The notes under the pieces were generated by a model. It was not told the DNA's origin. It worked only from the letters and a program-made list of their open reading frames with translations, and made no database searches. This document shows, piece after piece, positions 35,376 to 48,621 of a stretch of 64,000 nt of DNA. The stretch's first letter is position 1, and every line of letters begins with the position of its first letter. This stretch comes from Candidatus Altiarchaeota archaeon (GTDB lineage: Archaea; Altiarchaeota; Altiarchaeia; IMC4; SCGC-AAA252-I15). The stretch covers positions 1 to 64,000 of the forward strand of contig JAZDMS010000018.1 in NCBI GenBank assembly GCA_043800705.1, written 5' to 3'. The translations under genes and the position numbers were made by a program.

Positions 35376-37249
35376 TAATCCTCCTCCTTCGGCCTCTTCG
35401 CCCCATTTTCCTCAGGTTTTCCGCCGAGGCCGAGCTCCTTCAGCTTCTTTGTGATGTAATCGTATCCAGACCTCTCTGCGTTCATTTTGCCCCCGTCATA
35501 GACGTATGTCTGCCCGGTCTTCAGGTCCTTGAAGACGTTGTCCATCATCCACCCGACCTTCTTCATGAGCTTCTTGTCGTCGCTCTCCTTGTATTGGAAA
35601 ACCGCCTTCTCTATCAGCTTCTTCGTGTCGCCTGTGTACTCCTCATAGAGCGTGGCGAAGTCCTCCATGGGGTTTGTCCTCCCATATTCCATCGCAACGG
35701 TCGAAAGCGGCGGCTTCAGCCAATACTCCGAAGGCATCCGCATGATCATTCCAGTATGGGAATTGGGTATGTCGAACGCCTCCCCGTCCTTCTCCTTCCT
35801 GTATTTCCAGCCGCCGAGCCTGCTAAACTCTGCGAATTTCTCCTCAGCCAGGATCTTGTGGTGGACTCCGTGGCCGAGCTCATGGTGCAGATGCGCCTTC
35901 CCCCCCTCGTACATGTTGCGTATGCCTGTCAGCCCAAGGTCGTAGCTCGCCACCCTCCTGGATTCTTTTTCCTTGTTGATGTCGGAAGGCCTTGTCGTGT
36001 CCTGTACGATCCCGCCCCTCAGGAAATCCGTCTCCAATATGTGCGGCGGCGTATTCTCCAAGACATTCTCCACTACTCCGACATATTCCGGGCTCATCGA
36101 CGCAGCACCATCGGTCACAACCACGTTGTATTTCCTCAGAATATCAAGCCGTTTTTCACCCCCCGGCATCTTCTTGAGGGCGGATTCGATCCCCCTATCG
36201 AAGGCATTCTCAGCGGCCGTGATGCTTTCTGCGAGCGTTCTGTCATCCACCCCCCTCACCGGTATCGCCCTCATGTATCGCTCCCTGGCGGTCGCGTCCT
36301 CGGTGTATCTGAAGAGCGTTTCCTCGGCCTTGAATTTCAATGCCTTATCCCCATCGTTCCCAGGACTGAACTTTTCAAGAAGGTCCCTGGCTTGGGCAAT
36401 CCTATCGAAGTTGGCCTTGACTTCGCCCATAATGATCCTCCCCGTCTCTTCCGCGTTTTCCGGAGGCTTAGGTGCTAGGCCCATTTTCCTATAATGCTCA
36501 AAGGCGCTTTTATCCATGGCTTTGCCCTCGATATCCGGGAACCGGGCGAATCTTTCCACTGCATCCCTCGCTTCAACTTCGGACGGCGAATCCCCGACTT
36601 TCGGGATCTCGGGCCTGCTTACCCTGGCCCAGTGATTCATTTCCCAAGGGGGGATGCTATCCGGGAAATCTTTGGAGTTGCCTGCGTTCGCAAGAGACCA
36701 CCGGCGGTAATTCTCATATGCCTGAGATTTGGCTTTTTCGGGGTTCGACCTGTCGATCCACCACTTCCTCTCCCCTTCGCACAGAAGCCCCCAAACTTTG
36801 GCGTCGCTGCCTGCGGCGATTTCGAAATTCCCCCCGCCCATCGCATGAGAAACCTTTTCAAGGCTCTCCCTCGTCGGTGCGGTTGCGGCAACCTGCCCCG
36901 CATTGGCTGCGTGGGCGGCTTGATCCGCCGCGGCCTGCGTGCCAAGGCCCCTCATAACGGCTCCTCCTGCGGCGGCCGCGGCAATGCGCAGGAAGCCCCG
37001 CCGGCTCATTCCCCCCGCAACATCCTTTACGCCTTTCCTGACGGCCCCCTCTTCCGCGCATATATCCTTCGCAAGCCTCTTTGTGGCTTGCGCACATTCT
37101 TCCAGCGCCCTGCTTCTTGCATCGTCTGTGGAAAGTGTCGGCCTCTCTGCCTGCGGTTGGCCGCCGGCCTTGATGCCGACCGCATCCAAAGGCGGCCTTT
37201 GGATATTGGCCTGGGCATTCGTCCCATGTGTCTGAGCCTCGACCGTCAT
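35372..37249 (-). CDS. Zincin (HExxH) metalloprotease-domain protein with a twin-arginine-like motif
   Basis: SRRGFLRIAAAAAGG at residue ~82; HHELGHGVH; EYGRTNPMEDFA. Confidence 0.7.
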   Translation of the reverse strand: MTVEAQTHGTNAQANIQRPPLDAVGIKAGGQPQAERPTLSTDDARSRALEECAQATKRLAKDICAEEGAVRKGVKDVAGGMSRRGFLRIAAAAAGGAVMRGLGTQAAADQAAHAANAGQVAATAPTRESLEKVSHAMGGGNFEIAAGSDAKVWGLLCEGERKWWIDRSNPEKAKSQAYENYRRWSLANAGNSKDFPDSIPPWEMNHWARVSRPEIPKVGDSPSEVEARDAVERFARFPDIEGKAMDKSAFEHYRKMGLAPKPPENAEETGRIIMGEVKANFDRIAQARDLLEKFSPGNDGDKALKFKAEETLFRYTEDATARERYMRAIPVRGVDDRTLAESITAAENAFDRGIESALKKMPGGEKRLDILRKYNVVVTDGAASMSPEYVGVVENVLENTPPHILETDFLRGGIVQDTTRPSDINKEKESRRVASYDLGLTGIRNMYEGGKAHLHHELGHGVHHKILAEEKFAEFSRLGGWKYRKEKDGEAFDIPNSHTGMIMRMPSEYWLKPPLSTVAMEYGRTNPMEDFATLYEEYTGDTKKLIEKAVFQYKESDDKKLMKKVGWMMDNVFKDLKTGQTYVYDGGKMNAERSGYDYITKKLKELGLGGKPEENGAKRPKEEDY

Positions 37250-37425
37250 GGTTATTATCGGGAGTTCCAGTCAAATAAATGGTTGCCAATAACGGCGGGG
37301 GAGTTTATGAAAGCCCTTTATGGGGGTTTCGATGAATCCTTTCATTTATAAATGGCGGTTGCATATAGGTAAGACATATTTTCTCATTCTGTTCCAGGGA
37401 TATTGTAATCCTCTGGAGGTGTGAC

Positions 37426-37647
37426 GTGATTGAGCACAACTTGGTACCAAAACACGAACTAATGAGCCCCGAAGAGGGGCAGATGATCCTGGAGAAATAC
37501 AAGGTAACGCGCGAGCAGATGCCGATGATACTCACGACCGACACGGCGATCACGCACCTTGAGGCGAAGGTCGGAGACATAATCCGGATAACCCGGCGCA
37601 GCAAGCTCATCGGTCCTTCAATGTATTACAGGGTGGTTATCGAATGA
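37426..37647 (+). CDS. rpoH: RNA polymerase subunit H (Rpo5)
   Basis: HNLVPKHELM ... GDIIRITRRS ... YYRVV. Confidence 0.95.
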   Translation: MIEHNLVPKHELMSPEEGQMILEKYKVTREQMPMILTTDTAITHLEAKVGDIIRITRRSKLIGPSMYYRVVIE

Positions 37648-39110
37648 ACTCTCAGAAGCAGTCCAAGATGCCTTCGGTTTCGATTTCGGATTTCGTGACG
37701 CGAGACGACCTTTCGAGGTTCCAGCTGGAGTCGTTCAACTGGCTCATCGAGAAGGGCTTGCAGGAGGTCATCGACGAGAAGGGCACCCTGGACATCGAGA
37801 TCCCCGACTACAGCCTGGAGCTCGGCAAGATCGCAATCGGAAAGCCCCAGGTCAACGAGTCCGGCCAGGGCGTCGAGCCCAGGTACCCGTTCGAATGCAG
37901 GCTCAGGAACCTCACATACTCGGCGCCGATCAACCTTGAATTCATCGAGAACGGGGAGCCGGTCGAGGTTGAAGTCGGCCACCTGCCGGTAATGCTTAAA
38001 TCGAGGCTCTGCCTCCTCAGCGGCCACAGCCAGGATGAGCTGATAAAGGACGGCGAAGACCCCCTGGACATGGGCGGCTACTTCATAATAAACGGGACCG
38101 AGAGGACCCTGATCATCGTCGAAGACCTCGCCCCCAACAGGATAGTCACCACGCGGGAGACGATCATGGGCAAGGACGTCGTCATAGCGAAGGTTTTCTC
38201 CGTCCGCCAGGGATTCAGATCCAGGGTGACTGTCGAGAAGAGGGAGGTATCCGGAGGGGGCACGCTGTTCGTGTCGTTCCCGGGGATACCCAACCGGGTC
38301 CCTTTGACGGTCCTCATGACCGCGCTCGGGCTCACAGACGACGACATACTCGGGCTCTTCGAAAACGAGACCCAGCTCGAGGTGAAGATCAACATGGAGC
38401 TGCGGCAGATGAGCCAGGAGGAGGCGTTCGACTACCTCGGCAAGAGGGCGGGCGCAGGCCACGCGAAGCAGTACCAGGCCACACGCGCGAACCAGGTAAT
38501 AAACAACTTCCTCCTGCCGCACATCGGCAACACCGAAGCGGACCGCCGCAACAAGGCGATATACCTCGGCATCATGGCGAAGAAGGTCCTCGAACTCGAC
38601 CTTGGTATCAGGGAGGAGGACGACAAGGACCACTACAGCAACAAGAGGCTGCGCCTTTCCGGCGACCTCATGCAGGAGCTGTTCAGGGTCAGCTTCAACA
38701 AGATCGCAAGGGACATAAAATACCAGCTCGAGAAGCAGAACGCGAGGCACAGGATGATCAACGTAAAGACCGCGGTGCGCTCCAACAACCTGACGGAGAG
38801 CATCTGCTACGCATTGGCCACGGGGAACTGGACCGGCGGCAGAAGCGGGGTCAGCCAGGTATTGGACAGGACCAACTATCTGTCATCGGTCACCCACCAG
38901 CGCAGGGTCAGCTCGCTCCTTTCAAGGAGCCACCCGCACTTCGAGGCCCGTGACCTGCACGCAACGCAGTTCGGCAGGGTCTGCCCGAACGAGACCCCGG
39001 AGGGGCAGAACTGCGGCCTGGTGAAGAACCTAGCAGTCGGCGCGGTGATCTCAGCTGAAGTCGACGAGTCGCCGATCGAGAAGTACCTGCGCGAATTCGG
39101 AGTCAAATAA
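37644..39110 (+). CDS. rpoB2: RNA polymerase subunit B''
   Basis: [38 protein letters not shown]. Confidence 0.96.
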   Translation: MNSQKQSKMPSVSISDFVTRDDLSRFQLESFNWLIEKGLQEVIDEKGTLDIEIPDYSLELGKIAIGKPQVNESGQGVEPRYPFECRLRNLTYSAPINLEFIENGEPVEVEVGHLPVMLKSRLCLLSGHSQDELIKDGEDPLDMGGYFIINGTERTLIIVEDLAPNRIVTTRETIMGKDVVIAKVFSVRQGFRSRVTVEKREVSGGGTLFVSFPGIPNRVPLTVLMTALGLTDDDILGLFENETQLEVKINMELRQMSQEEAFDYLGKRAGAGHAKQYQATRANQVINNFLLPHIGNTEADRRNKAIYLGIMAKKVLELDLGIREEDDKDHYSNKRLRLSGDLMQELFRVSFNKIARDIKYQLEKQNARHRMINVKTAVRSNNLTESICYALATGNWTGGRSGVSQVLDRTNYLSSVTHQRRVSSLLSRSHPHFEARDLHATQFGRVCPNETPEGQNCGLVKNLAVGAVISAEVDESPIEKYLREFGVK

Positions 39111-39111
39111 A

Positions 39112-40916
39112 ATGGCAACGGTAGTCTACCTAAACGGACGATTGGTCGGGGAGCACAAGAACCCCGAACAGCTTGTGGGAAAGCTGAGGGCCCTGCGCAG
39201 AGAGAACAAGATCGACTTCAGCATATCCATAAGCTTCCACGAGGAGAACAACGAGGTCCAGATCTACACCGACAAGGGAAGGACGCTGAGGCCGCTCGTC
39301 ATACTCGAGGACACTAAGCCCAAGTTCACGGCAAAGCACCTGAAGGACCTGCGCGAAGGCACAGTCACCTGGAAGCAGCTCATGAGCGGGAGCATCGTCG
39401 AATACATAGACGCCGAAGAGGAGGAGAACGCATACGTCGCGATAAGGGAATACAAGATAACGCATGAACACACGCACCTGGAACTCACGCCGTCATTGAT
39501 GCTCGGCATAAGCGCATGCTTCGCACCCTGGCCGGAGCACAACTCCTCGCCGAGGGTCACCATGGCTGCGGCCATGGCGAAGCAGACGCTGGGCATGTAC
39601 GCGTCCAACTATTTCTCGAGGTTCGACAGCAGGGCGAACGTGTTGCACTATCCGCAGCAGCCGATGGTCAAGACCGATGTCTGTGACATATTGGACTACG
39701 AGAAGAGGCCTGCCGGGCAGAACTTCGTCGTCGCCATCATGAGCTTTGAAGGCTACAACATGGAGGACGCGGTCATACTCAACAAAGGATCCGTCGAGAG
39801 GGGTCTGGGACGTTCTACGTTCTACAGGACCTACACCGCCGAGGAGCGCCGATACCCGAGCGGGCAGCGCGACACCTTCGAGATACCCCAGATGGAGGTC
39901 GAGGGGGCGCAGGCGGAGGACACATACACCAAACTGGGCCCTGAAGGGCTCATCATCCCCGAAGCCGACGTCGGCTCAGGGGAGGTGCTGATCGGCAGGA
40001 CTTCGCCGCCGAGGTTCCTTGAGGAGATCGGACCGTACGGAATCGTCGAGGAGAAGAGGCGCGAGACATCGACGACCGTCAGGCACATGGAGTCCGGCGT
40101 AGTCGACTGCGTCGTACTTACCGAGACCGTCGAGCGCAACAGGCTCGCCAAGGTCAGGGTACGGAGCATCAGGATCCCCGAACTAGGCGACAAATTCGCA
40201 TCCAGGCACGGACAGAAGGGGGTCTGCGGACTCATCGTCCCGCAGGAGGACATGCCCTTCACGAAGGACGGCATAATCCCTGACCTAATAATCAACCCGC
40301 ACGCGATCCCGTCAAGGATGACAGTCGGGCACGTCTTGGAGATGATCGGCGGCAAGGTCGGATCACTCGAAGGCCGTCTCATCAACGGGACCGCATTCTC
40401 CAACGAGGAGGAAGACGGCCTAAGAGGCGCCCTCAAGATGCAAGGATTCGATGCGTCCGGGAAGGAGGTCATGTATAACGGGACCACGGGCGAGAGGTTC
40501 ATCGCAGAGATATTCATCGGGGTCGTCTTCTACCAGAAGCTGCACCACATGGTCGCCAACAAGGTCCACGCAAGGTCGAGGGGCCCCGTGCAGATGCTTA
40601 CCCGGCAGCCTACCGAAGGCCGCGCCAGGGAGGGCGGACTCAGGTTCGGTGAGATGGAGCGCGACTGCCTCATTGGCCACGGCGCGGCCATGATGCTCAA
40701 GGACCGTCTCTTGGACGAGTCCGACAAGGTCGTCGTGCCCATCTGCTCGAAGTGCGGCATGGTCGCGGTCAACGACGTGGAGCGCAGGCAGATATACTGC
40801 CCGCTGTGCGGCGAGGTCCCGACGTACCCCGTCGAGATGGCTTACGCCTTCAAACTACTATTGAACGAGCTCATGGGCATGTGCGTGATCCCGAAGCTCA
40901 AACTGAGTGATAAAGC

Positions 40917-40920
<4 letters not shown>
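39112..40920 (+). CDS. rpoB1: RNA polymerase subunit B'
   Basis: [40 protein letters not shown]. Confidence 0.97.
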
Positions 40921-44530
<3,610 letters not shown>

Positions 44531-44532
44531 AG

Positions 44533-44823
44533 GTGGACGTCAAAAAACAGATCAACACGGCGATAGAAACGGGAAAAGTGATATTAGGCGCTAACAAGGC
44601 GATCGACAGCATACTGTACGCGAAGCCCAAACTCATCCTCCTGGCGGGCAACTGCCCCCGGAGCCAGAAGGAGACCATAAGCTACTACGCATCGCTCGCA
44701 AACGTCAAATGCGCCCAACTGAAGGAAACCAGCACCGAGCTCGGTTCCGCATGCGGCAGGCCGCACCACCTGTCGGCACTGACAATCCTCGACGAGGGAG
44801 ACTCGACAATCCTCGGGGTATGA
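44533..44823 (+). CDS. rpl30e: 50S ribosomal protein eL30
   Basis: TGKVILG, LAGNCP, ELGSACGRPH. Confidence 0.93.
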   Translation: MDVKKQINTAIETGKVILGANKAIDSILYAKPKLILLAGNCPRSQKETISYYASLANVKCAQLKETSTELGSACGRPHHLSALTILDEGDSTILGV

Positions 44824-45257
44824 GAGTGGGACGGATAAGGCTCGACTCAGACGACATCAAGCACATCACCCTGTTCGAGTCGATGACGCACGCAAAGGTA
44901 AAAGACTACCTCCAGGACGGGCAGACAATGTGCTTCCTCGTCGGGACCGGAGACATGGGCCTTGCCATCGGGAAGAAAGGCGTCAAGATCGACCGCGTCA
45001 GAAGGGCCCTTAACAAGAACCTCATCATAATGGAATACTCGGAAGACCCGGAACAATTCCTGAAGAACCTCTTCCACCCCGCCACGATCCACGGGATAAA
45101 CATCGCAAAAACGTCCGGCGGAACGACGGCACAGGTGCAGATAGCCCACGAGGACAGGAGCAAGGCCATAGGCCCCGGCGGCGTAAAGATCAGGCTCATC
45201 AAACAGCTGGCGAAAAGGCACCACGACATCGACGAACTGAGCCTCAGGACGCTCTAA
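44820..45257 (+). CDS. nusA: NusA-like transcription factor
   Basis: GDMGLAIGKKG, IMEYSEDP, KAIGPGG KH motifs; start overlaps the rpl30e stop (ATGA). Confidence 0.92.
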   Translation: MRVGRIRLDSDDIKHITLFESMTHAKVKDYLQDGQTMCFLVGTGDMGLAIGKKGVKIDRVRRALNKNLIIMEYSEDPEQFLKNLFHPATIHGINIAKTSGGTTAQVQIAHEDRSKAIGPGGVKIRLIKQLAKRHHDIDELSLRTL

Positions 45258-45847
45258 ACCGTCGCATTCTTCAACGGACAGTACATGAGGATCCGCCCCC
45301 CTTCCCGCACGATCATGCAGCCTGATGAATTCTCCGCCCTCTCGTCCGAATCGGGGCCCAAGTCGATGATGTTGTATCTGTTCTGATATGCCGGCGTAAT
45401 CCCCTCGATCAAGGTCGAGCTCGTGGCGGGATAGTTTAATCCCTCGTTCACGGACGTCCCGTTTTGTAGCGGGATGTCGGGAGTCCTGTTGTCCACCTTC
45501 TCGAACAGCCTGGCGAACCCGCCATTGATGGTGGATGTGGTGGTCGTGGCCTTCTCGGCCCTGTCGCACAGGCCGTTCCCGTTCATGTCGACGCAGCAGC
45601 CCACGACGGCCCTGACATATCCCTTCGGGCAAACGCCTCCGAAGGTGGAGGATGTCACCGTCGAGGTCGAGGAGGTGCTGGTCGTGGGTGCGGGGGCCGC
45701 GGGCGGGGCTGCGGTCGGCTCTGTTTTCGGCACTGTCGGCGCGGACGATGTGGACGCAATGGCCCCCCCTTCAGCAGGCTCGGATCCCTGTTCCAAGCAG
45801 CCGCAGAGCAGGCAGGCGAGGACCGCGGCCAGCATCAGATGGCGCAT
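45254..45847 (-). CDS. Putative lipoprotein with Thr/Pro linker and CCxDxNxNGxCD motif
   Basis: MRHLMLAAVLACLLCGC lipobox; CPKGY ... CCVDMNGNGLCD. Confidence 0.72.
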   Translation of the reverse strand: MRHLMLAAVLACLLCGCLEQGSEPAEGGAIASTSSAPTVPKTEPTAAPPAAPAPTTSTSSTSTVTSSTFGGVCPKGYVRAVVGCCVDMNGNGLCDRAEKATTTTSTINGGFARLFEKVDNRTPDIPLQNGTSVNEGLNYPATSSTLIEGITPAYQNRYNIIDLGPDSDERAENSSGCMIVREGGRILMYCPLKNATV

Positions 45848-45860
45848 GTTAACGAATGGG

Positions 45861-45941
45861 AAAACGCCGATATATCTGCATTCCCCCATCAAAAATCTGC
45901 ATTCCCCCATAAAAACGCCGATATATCTGCATTCCCCCATC
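45861..45941. repeat. Tandem repeat: two 30-bp copies plus one partial copy
   Basis: AAAACGCCGATATATCTGCATTCCCCCATC at 45861 and 45912; core ATCTGCATTCCCCCAT occurs three times. Confidence 0.9.
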
Positions 45942-45955
45942 TTATCGGCTGTTGT

Positions 45956-46035
45956 ATGGCCTTTTAACTTTATATTCCCGTCCTTCCGAGAATTCAATGG
46001 CCTTTTAACTTTATATTCCCGTCCTTCCGAGAATT
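45956..46035 (+). repeat. 39-bp direct repeat (2 copies) containing a TATA-like box
   Basis: ATGGCCTTTTAACTTTATATTCCCGTCCTTCCGAGAATT at 45956 and 45997. Confidence 0.9.
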
Positions 46036-46039
46036 AAAC

Positions 46040-46912
46040 ATGGCACAATCCTCCTCATTAAATAGGCGGCAATTTTTACAGGTAACAGGAGCAGCAATCG
46101 CAGCAGGGGCATTACCGAATCTGGTCAACGTGGGTGAACGGCCGCCGTCTACCTACACGGGTGAAGATACGGCCGTTAAATTGACTGAGGCTCAGGAGGT
46201 ATCTGTCAAGAACGGCAAAGGGACCCTGATATTAGCCCCCCTGAAAAAGGATGATGCCCTCGAGCTCCCGGGGGAAACCATCGTGAGGCCCACTACTCCG
46301 GCAGGAAGATTGAAACTCGGATTGCCCGCAGGTGTAAACATCATCTACCCTGGCGGCCCAGATTTAGGCAGTACGTTGAATGCGGAAGGGTCTGTGACCC
46401 TTGATCCGGGTCAAAAGGCCGGGATACCCAAGGGAGACACCAAGACCGTCACAATAGGGGCAGCTGGAACTGTTTGCATAATATTGGGCGGCGAGAATAC
46501 CGAATTGCCTCTCACCACGTTTCCCGCCGGGACAAGGATCATATTAGGGCCGAAAGCGAAAGTGGACTGCAAAGGCAGATCCGAGCCGTTGAAAAAGGAG
46601 AAACCCCCGCGCATGCCCACCATCTTCGAATTGGGCGACGGACGCAAGATCAAATTCATCGAACAATCCAATTCAACAGCCGATTGTGAAGCAATCCTCT
46701 TTGATCTCGACGGAAAGGGTGTTGTTGCAAGACTGGCCGGAAAAACAGCCATAGACGGAGAGACCGTCGCCGGCACTATCTGGACCCAACCGTATGCGGG
46801 TGAGCAGGGCAAGTGGGATATCGTCAACTACAGGGGCGGGAATACAGGCATCCTAACCCTCAGCTGGAATGATAAAGCTGAGCAGAAGCTGCCAGTCAAA
46901 CCGTTGAATTGA
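46040..46912 (+). CDS. Twin-arginine signal-bearing hypothetical exported protein
   Basis: LNRRQFLQVTGAAIAAGAL; beta-rich mature region; lower GC than the flanks. Confidence 0.7.
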   Translation: MAQSSSLNRRQFLQVTGAAIAAGALPNLVNVGERPPSTYTGEDTAVKLTEAQEVSVKNGKGTLILAPLKKDDALELPGETIVRPTTPAGRLKLGLPAGVNIIYPGGPDLGSTLNAEGSVTLDPGQKAGIPKGDTKTVTIGAAGTVCIILGGENTELPLTTFPAGTRIILGPKAKVDCKGRSEPLKKEKPPRMPTIFELGDGRKIKFIEQSNSTADCEAILFDLDGKGVVARLAGKTAIDGETVAGTIWTQPYAGEQGKWDIVNYRGGNTGILTLSWNDKAEQKLPVKPLN

Positions 46913-47081
46913 TGCCGTCTCTGCGAGATGATATGGGGGCACCGCAAGGCAGCGGAGCCCTTTTATCTGCAAAACCGCCCCCTTAAGGGGCTGCGGTTTT
47001 GTCTATCAAGAACATGCCGGCTGAAACAGGCGTGTTCTTTATATATCCCTATGCCCTTATGTTTATACTTGTTTTTTTTTA

Positions 47082-47216
47082 GGCCGGTAAATTGGTGGCC
47101 CACTCTACTTTGCGCAGACAGCTTTTAGCCGTCTGGCGGGTGCAGAACTCGCTGTTGCGAGTTCTCCACGTGGTGGGGTTCCAAGACTGCCTGCCTGGAT
47201 GAAACCTGACGCAAGC
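47082..47216 (+). ncRNA. Candidate structured 5' leader or ncRNA upstream of rps12
   Basis: Hairpins CAGAC..GTCTG, AGAACTCGC-TGTT-GCGAGTTCT and GGTTCCA..TGGATGAAACC, downstream of TATA boxes at 47038 and 47062. Confidence 0.4.
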
Positions 47217-47232
47217 TTTTTCGTTCCAAAAA

Positions 47233-47661
47233 ATGGGTAAAGGAGAATTCGCAGCCAAGAAGCTGCAGGACACGCGAAAACGGTTCCGGTGGAGCAAGTC
47301 AGACTACGCAAGGAGGGTCCTGCTTCTGAAGGAAAAACACGACCCCCTGGAAGGCGCGCCGCAGGCTAGGGGGATAGTCCTCGAGAAGGTCGGCATCGAA
47401 GCCAAGCAGCCCAACTCGGCGATCCGCAAATGCGTCAGGGTCCAGCTCATAAAGAACGGACGGCAGGTCACCGCATTCGCGCCGAGGAACAGGGCGATAA
47501 CGTTCATCGACGAGCACGACCAGGTGCTGATCGAAGGCCTGGGCGGAAGGAAGGGCAGGTCCATGGGCGACCTCTCCGGCGTCCGTTACAAGGTAATCAA
47601 AGTCAACGACATATCCCTTAACGAGCTGGTGCACGGCCGCAAGGAGAAGCCGCAGAGGTAA
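47233..47661 (+). CDS. rps12: 30S ribosomal protein uS12
   Basis: [23 protein letters not shown]. Confidence 0.97.
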   Translation: MGKGEFAAKKLQDTRKRFRWSKSDYARRVLLLKEKHDPLEGAPQARGIVLEKVGIEAKQPNSAIRKCVRVQLIKNGRQVTAFAPRNRAITFIDEHDQVLIEGLGGRKGRSMGDLSGVRYKVIKVNDISLNELVHGRKEKPQR

Positions 47662-47665
47662 TGCG

Positions 47666-48055
47666 ATGAGACACGACCCACTGAATGACGCGATATCCGT
47701 GATCAAGAACGCCGAGAGGACTGGGAAGAGCGAGTGCCTCCTGCATCCGAAGAGCAAGCTTCTGATGAACGTCCTGCAGATATTCCAAGACAACGGCTAC
47801 GTCGGCGAACTGGAGGTCGCAGATAACCGAAGAGGCGGCAACGTCAGGGTCAGACTGGTCCGGCAGATCAACGACTGCGGAGTCATCAAGCCCAGGTTCC
47901 CGGTCAAAAACAGCGAATTCGACAAGTGGGAGAAGAGATACCTCCCTTCGCAGGGCTTCGGACTGATCGTGGTATCGACTCCGAAGGGAATCATGGGCCA
48001 CGAAGAAGCCAAGTCGAAGGGCCTCGGAGGCAGGCTCCTAGCGTACGCATACTGA
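47666..48055 (+). CDS. rps8: 30S ribosomal protein uS8
   Basis: DPLNDA, INDCGVIKPRFPV, VSTPKGIM, GGRLLAY. Confidence 0.96.
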   Translation: MRHDPLNDAISVIKNAERTGKSECLLHPKSKLLMNVLQIFQDNGYVGELEVADNRRGGNVRVRLVRQINDCGVIKPRFPVKNSEFDKWEKRYLPSQGFGLIVVSTPKGIMGHEEAKSKGLGGRLLAYAY

Positions 48056-48057
48056 AA

Positions 48058-48621
48058 ATGGCTGAGAAAAAACACGGCGGAGAATTGGAAGTCGACCTCA
48101 TAGAGGGGGTGCAGGTCGAGGCCAAGGGCCGGAACATCACAGTCAAAGGCAAGAAGGGCGAGCTGTCCAGGCGGTTCATGGAGGATTTCGTGAACATAAC
48201 GCCCCAGGACGGGAAGATAAGGATCACGGCGAAGACCAAGAGGTTCCCGCTCAGGAAGCAGATGGCGATCATGGGGACCGTCGCAGGCCACATCAAGAAC
48301 ATGATGCAGGGCGTCACGGACGGATTCGTCTACAAGCTCAGGATAGTCTACTCGCACTTCCCGATGAAGGTGTCTGCGAAGGGCGCCGAATTCCAGGTCG
48401 ACAACTTCCTCGGCGAAAAGTGCCCGCGCAGGACCCGCATACTGGAGGGCGTCAAAGTGGACGTGAAGGGCAACGAAGTCACAGTCACAGGAACCGACAT
48501 CGAGCACGTCGGACAGACCGCCGCGAACATCGAGCAGCTGACGAGGATAAAGAACCTCGACTGCCGCGTGTTCCAGGACGGCATATACATCATCGAAAAA
48601 GACGGGCAACCAGTGGTATAA
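48058..48621 (+). CDS. rpl6: 50S ribosomal protein uL6
   Basis: YSHFP, NFLGEK, VGQTAANIEQ, RVFQDGIYI. Confidence 0.96.
   Translation: MAEKKHGGELEVDLIEGVQVEAKGRNITVKGKKGELSRRFMEDFVNITPQDGKIRITAKTKRFPLRKQMAIMGTVAGHIKNMMQGVTDGFVYKLRIVYSHFPMKVSAKGAEFQVDNFLGEKCPRRTRILEGVKVDVKGNEVTVTGTDIEHVGQTAANIEQLTRIKNLDCRVFQDGIYIIEKDGQPVV

Noticed and set aside
45848-45997. N-terminal extension of the lipoprotein ORF with MGECRYIGVF repeats
   Set aside because: It is a translation of the promoter repeats; the signal peptide begins at ATG 45847
45861-46035. Possible mini-CRISPR array
   Set aside because: The repeats are essentially adjacent, there are no unique spacers, two unrelated units are involved and no cas genes are present
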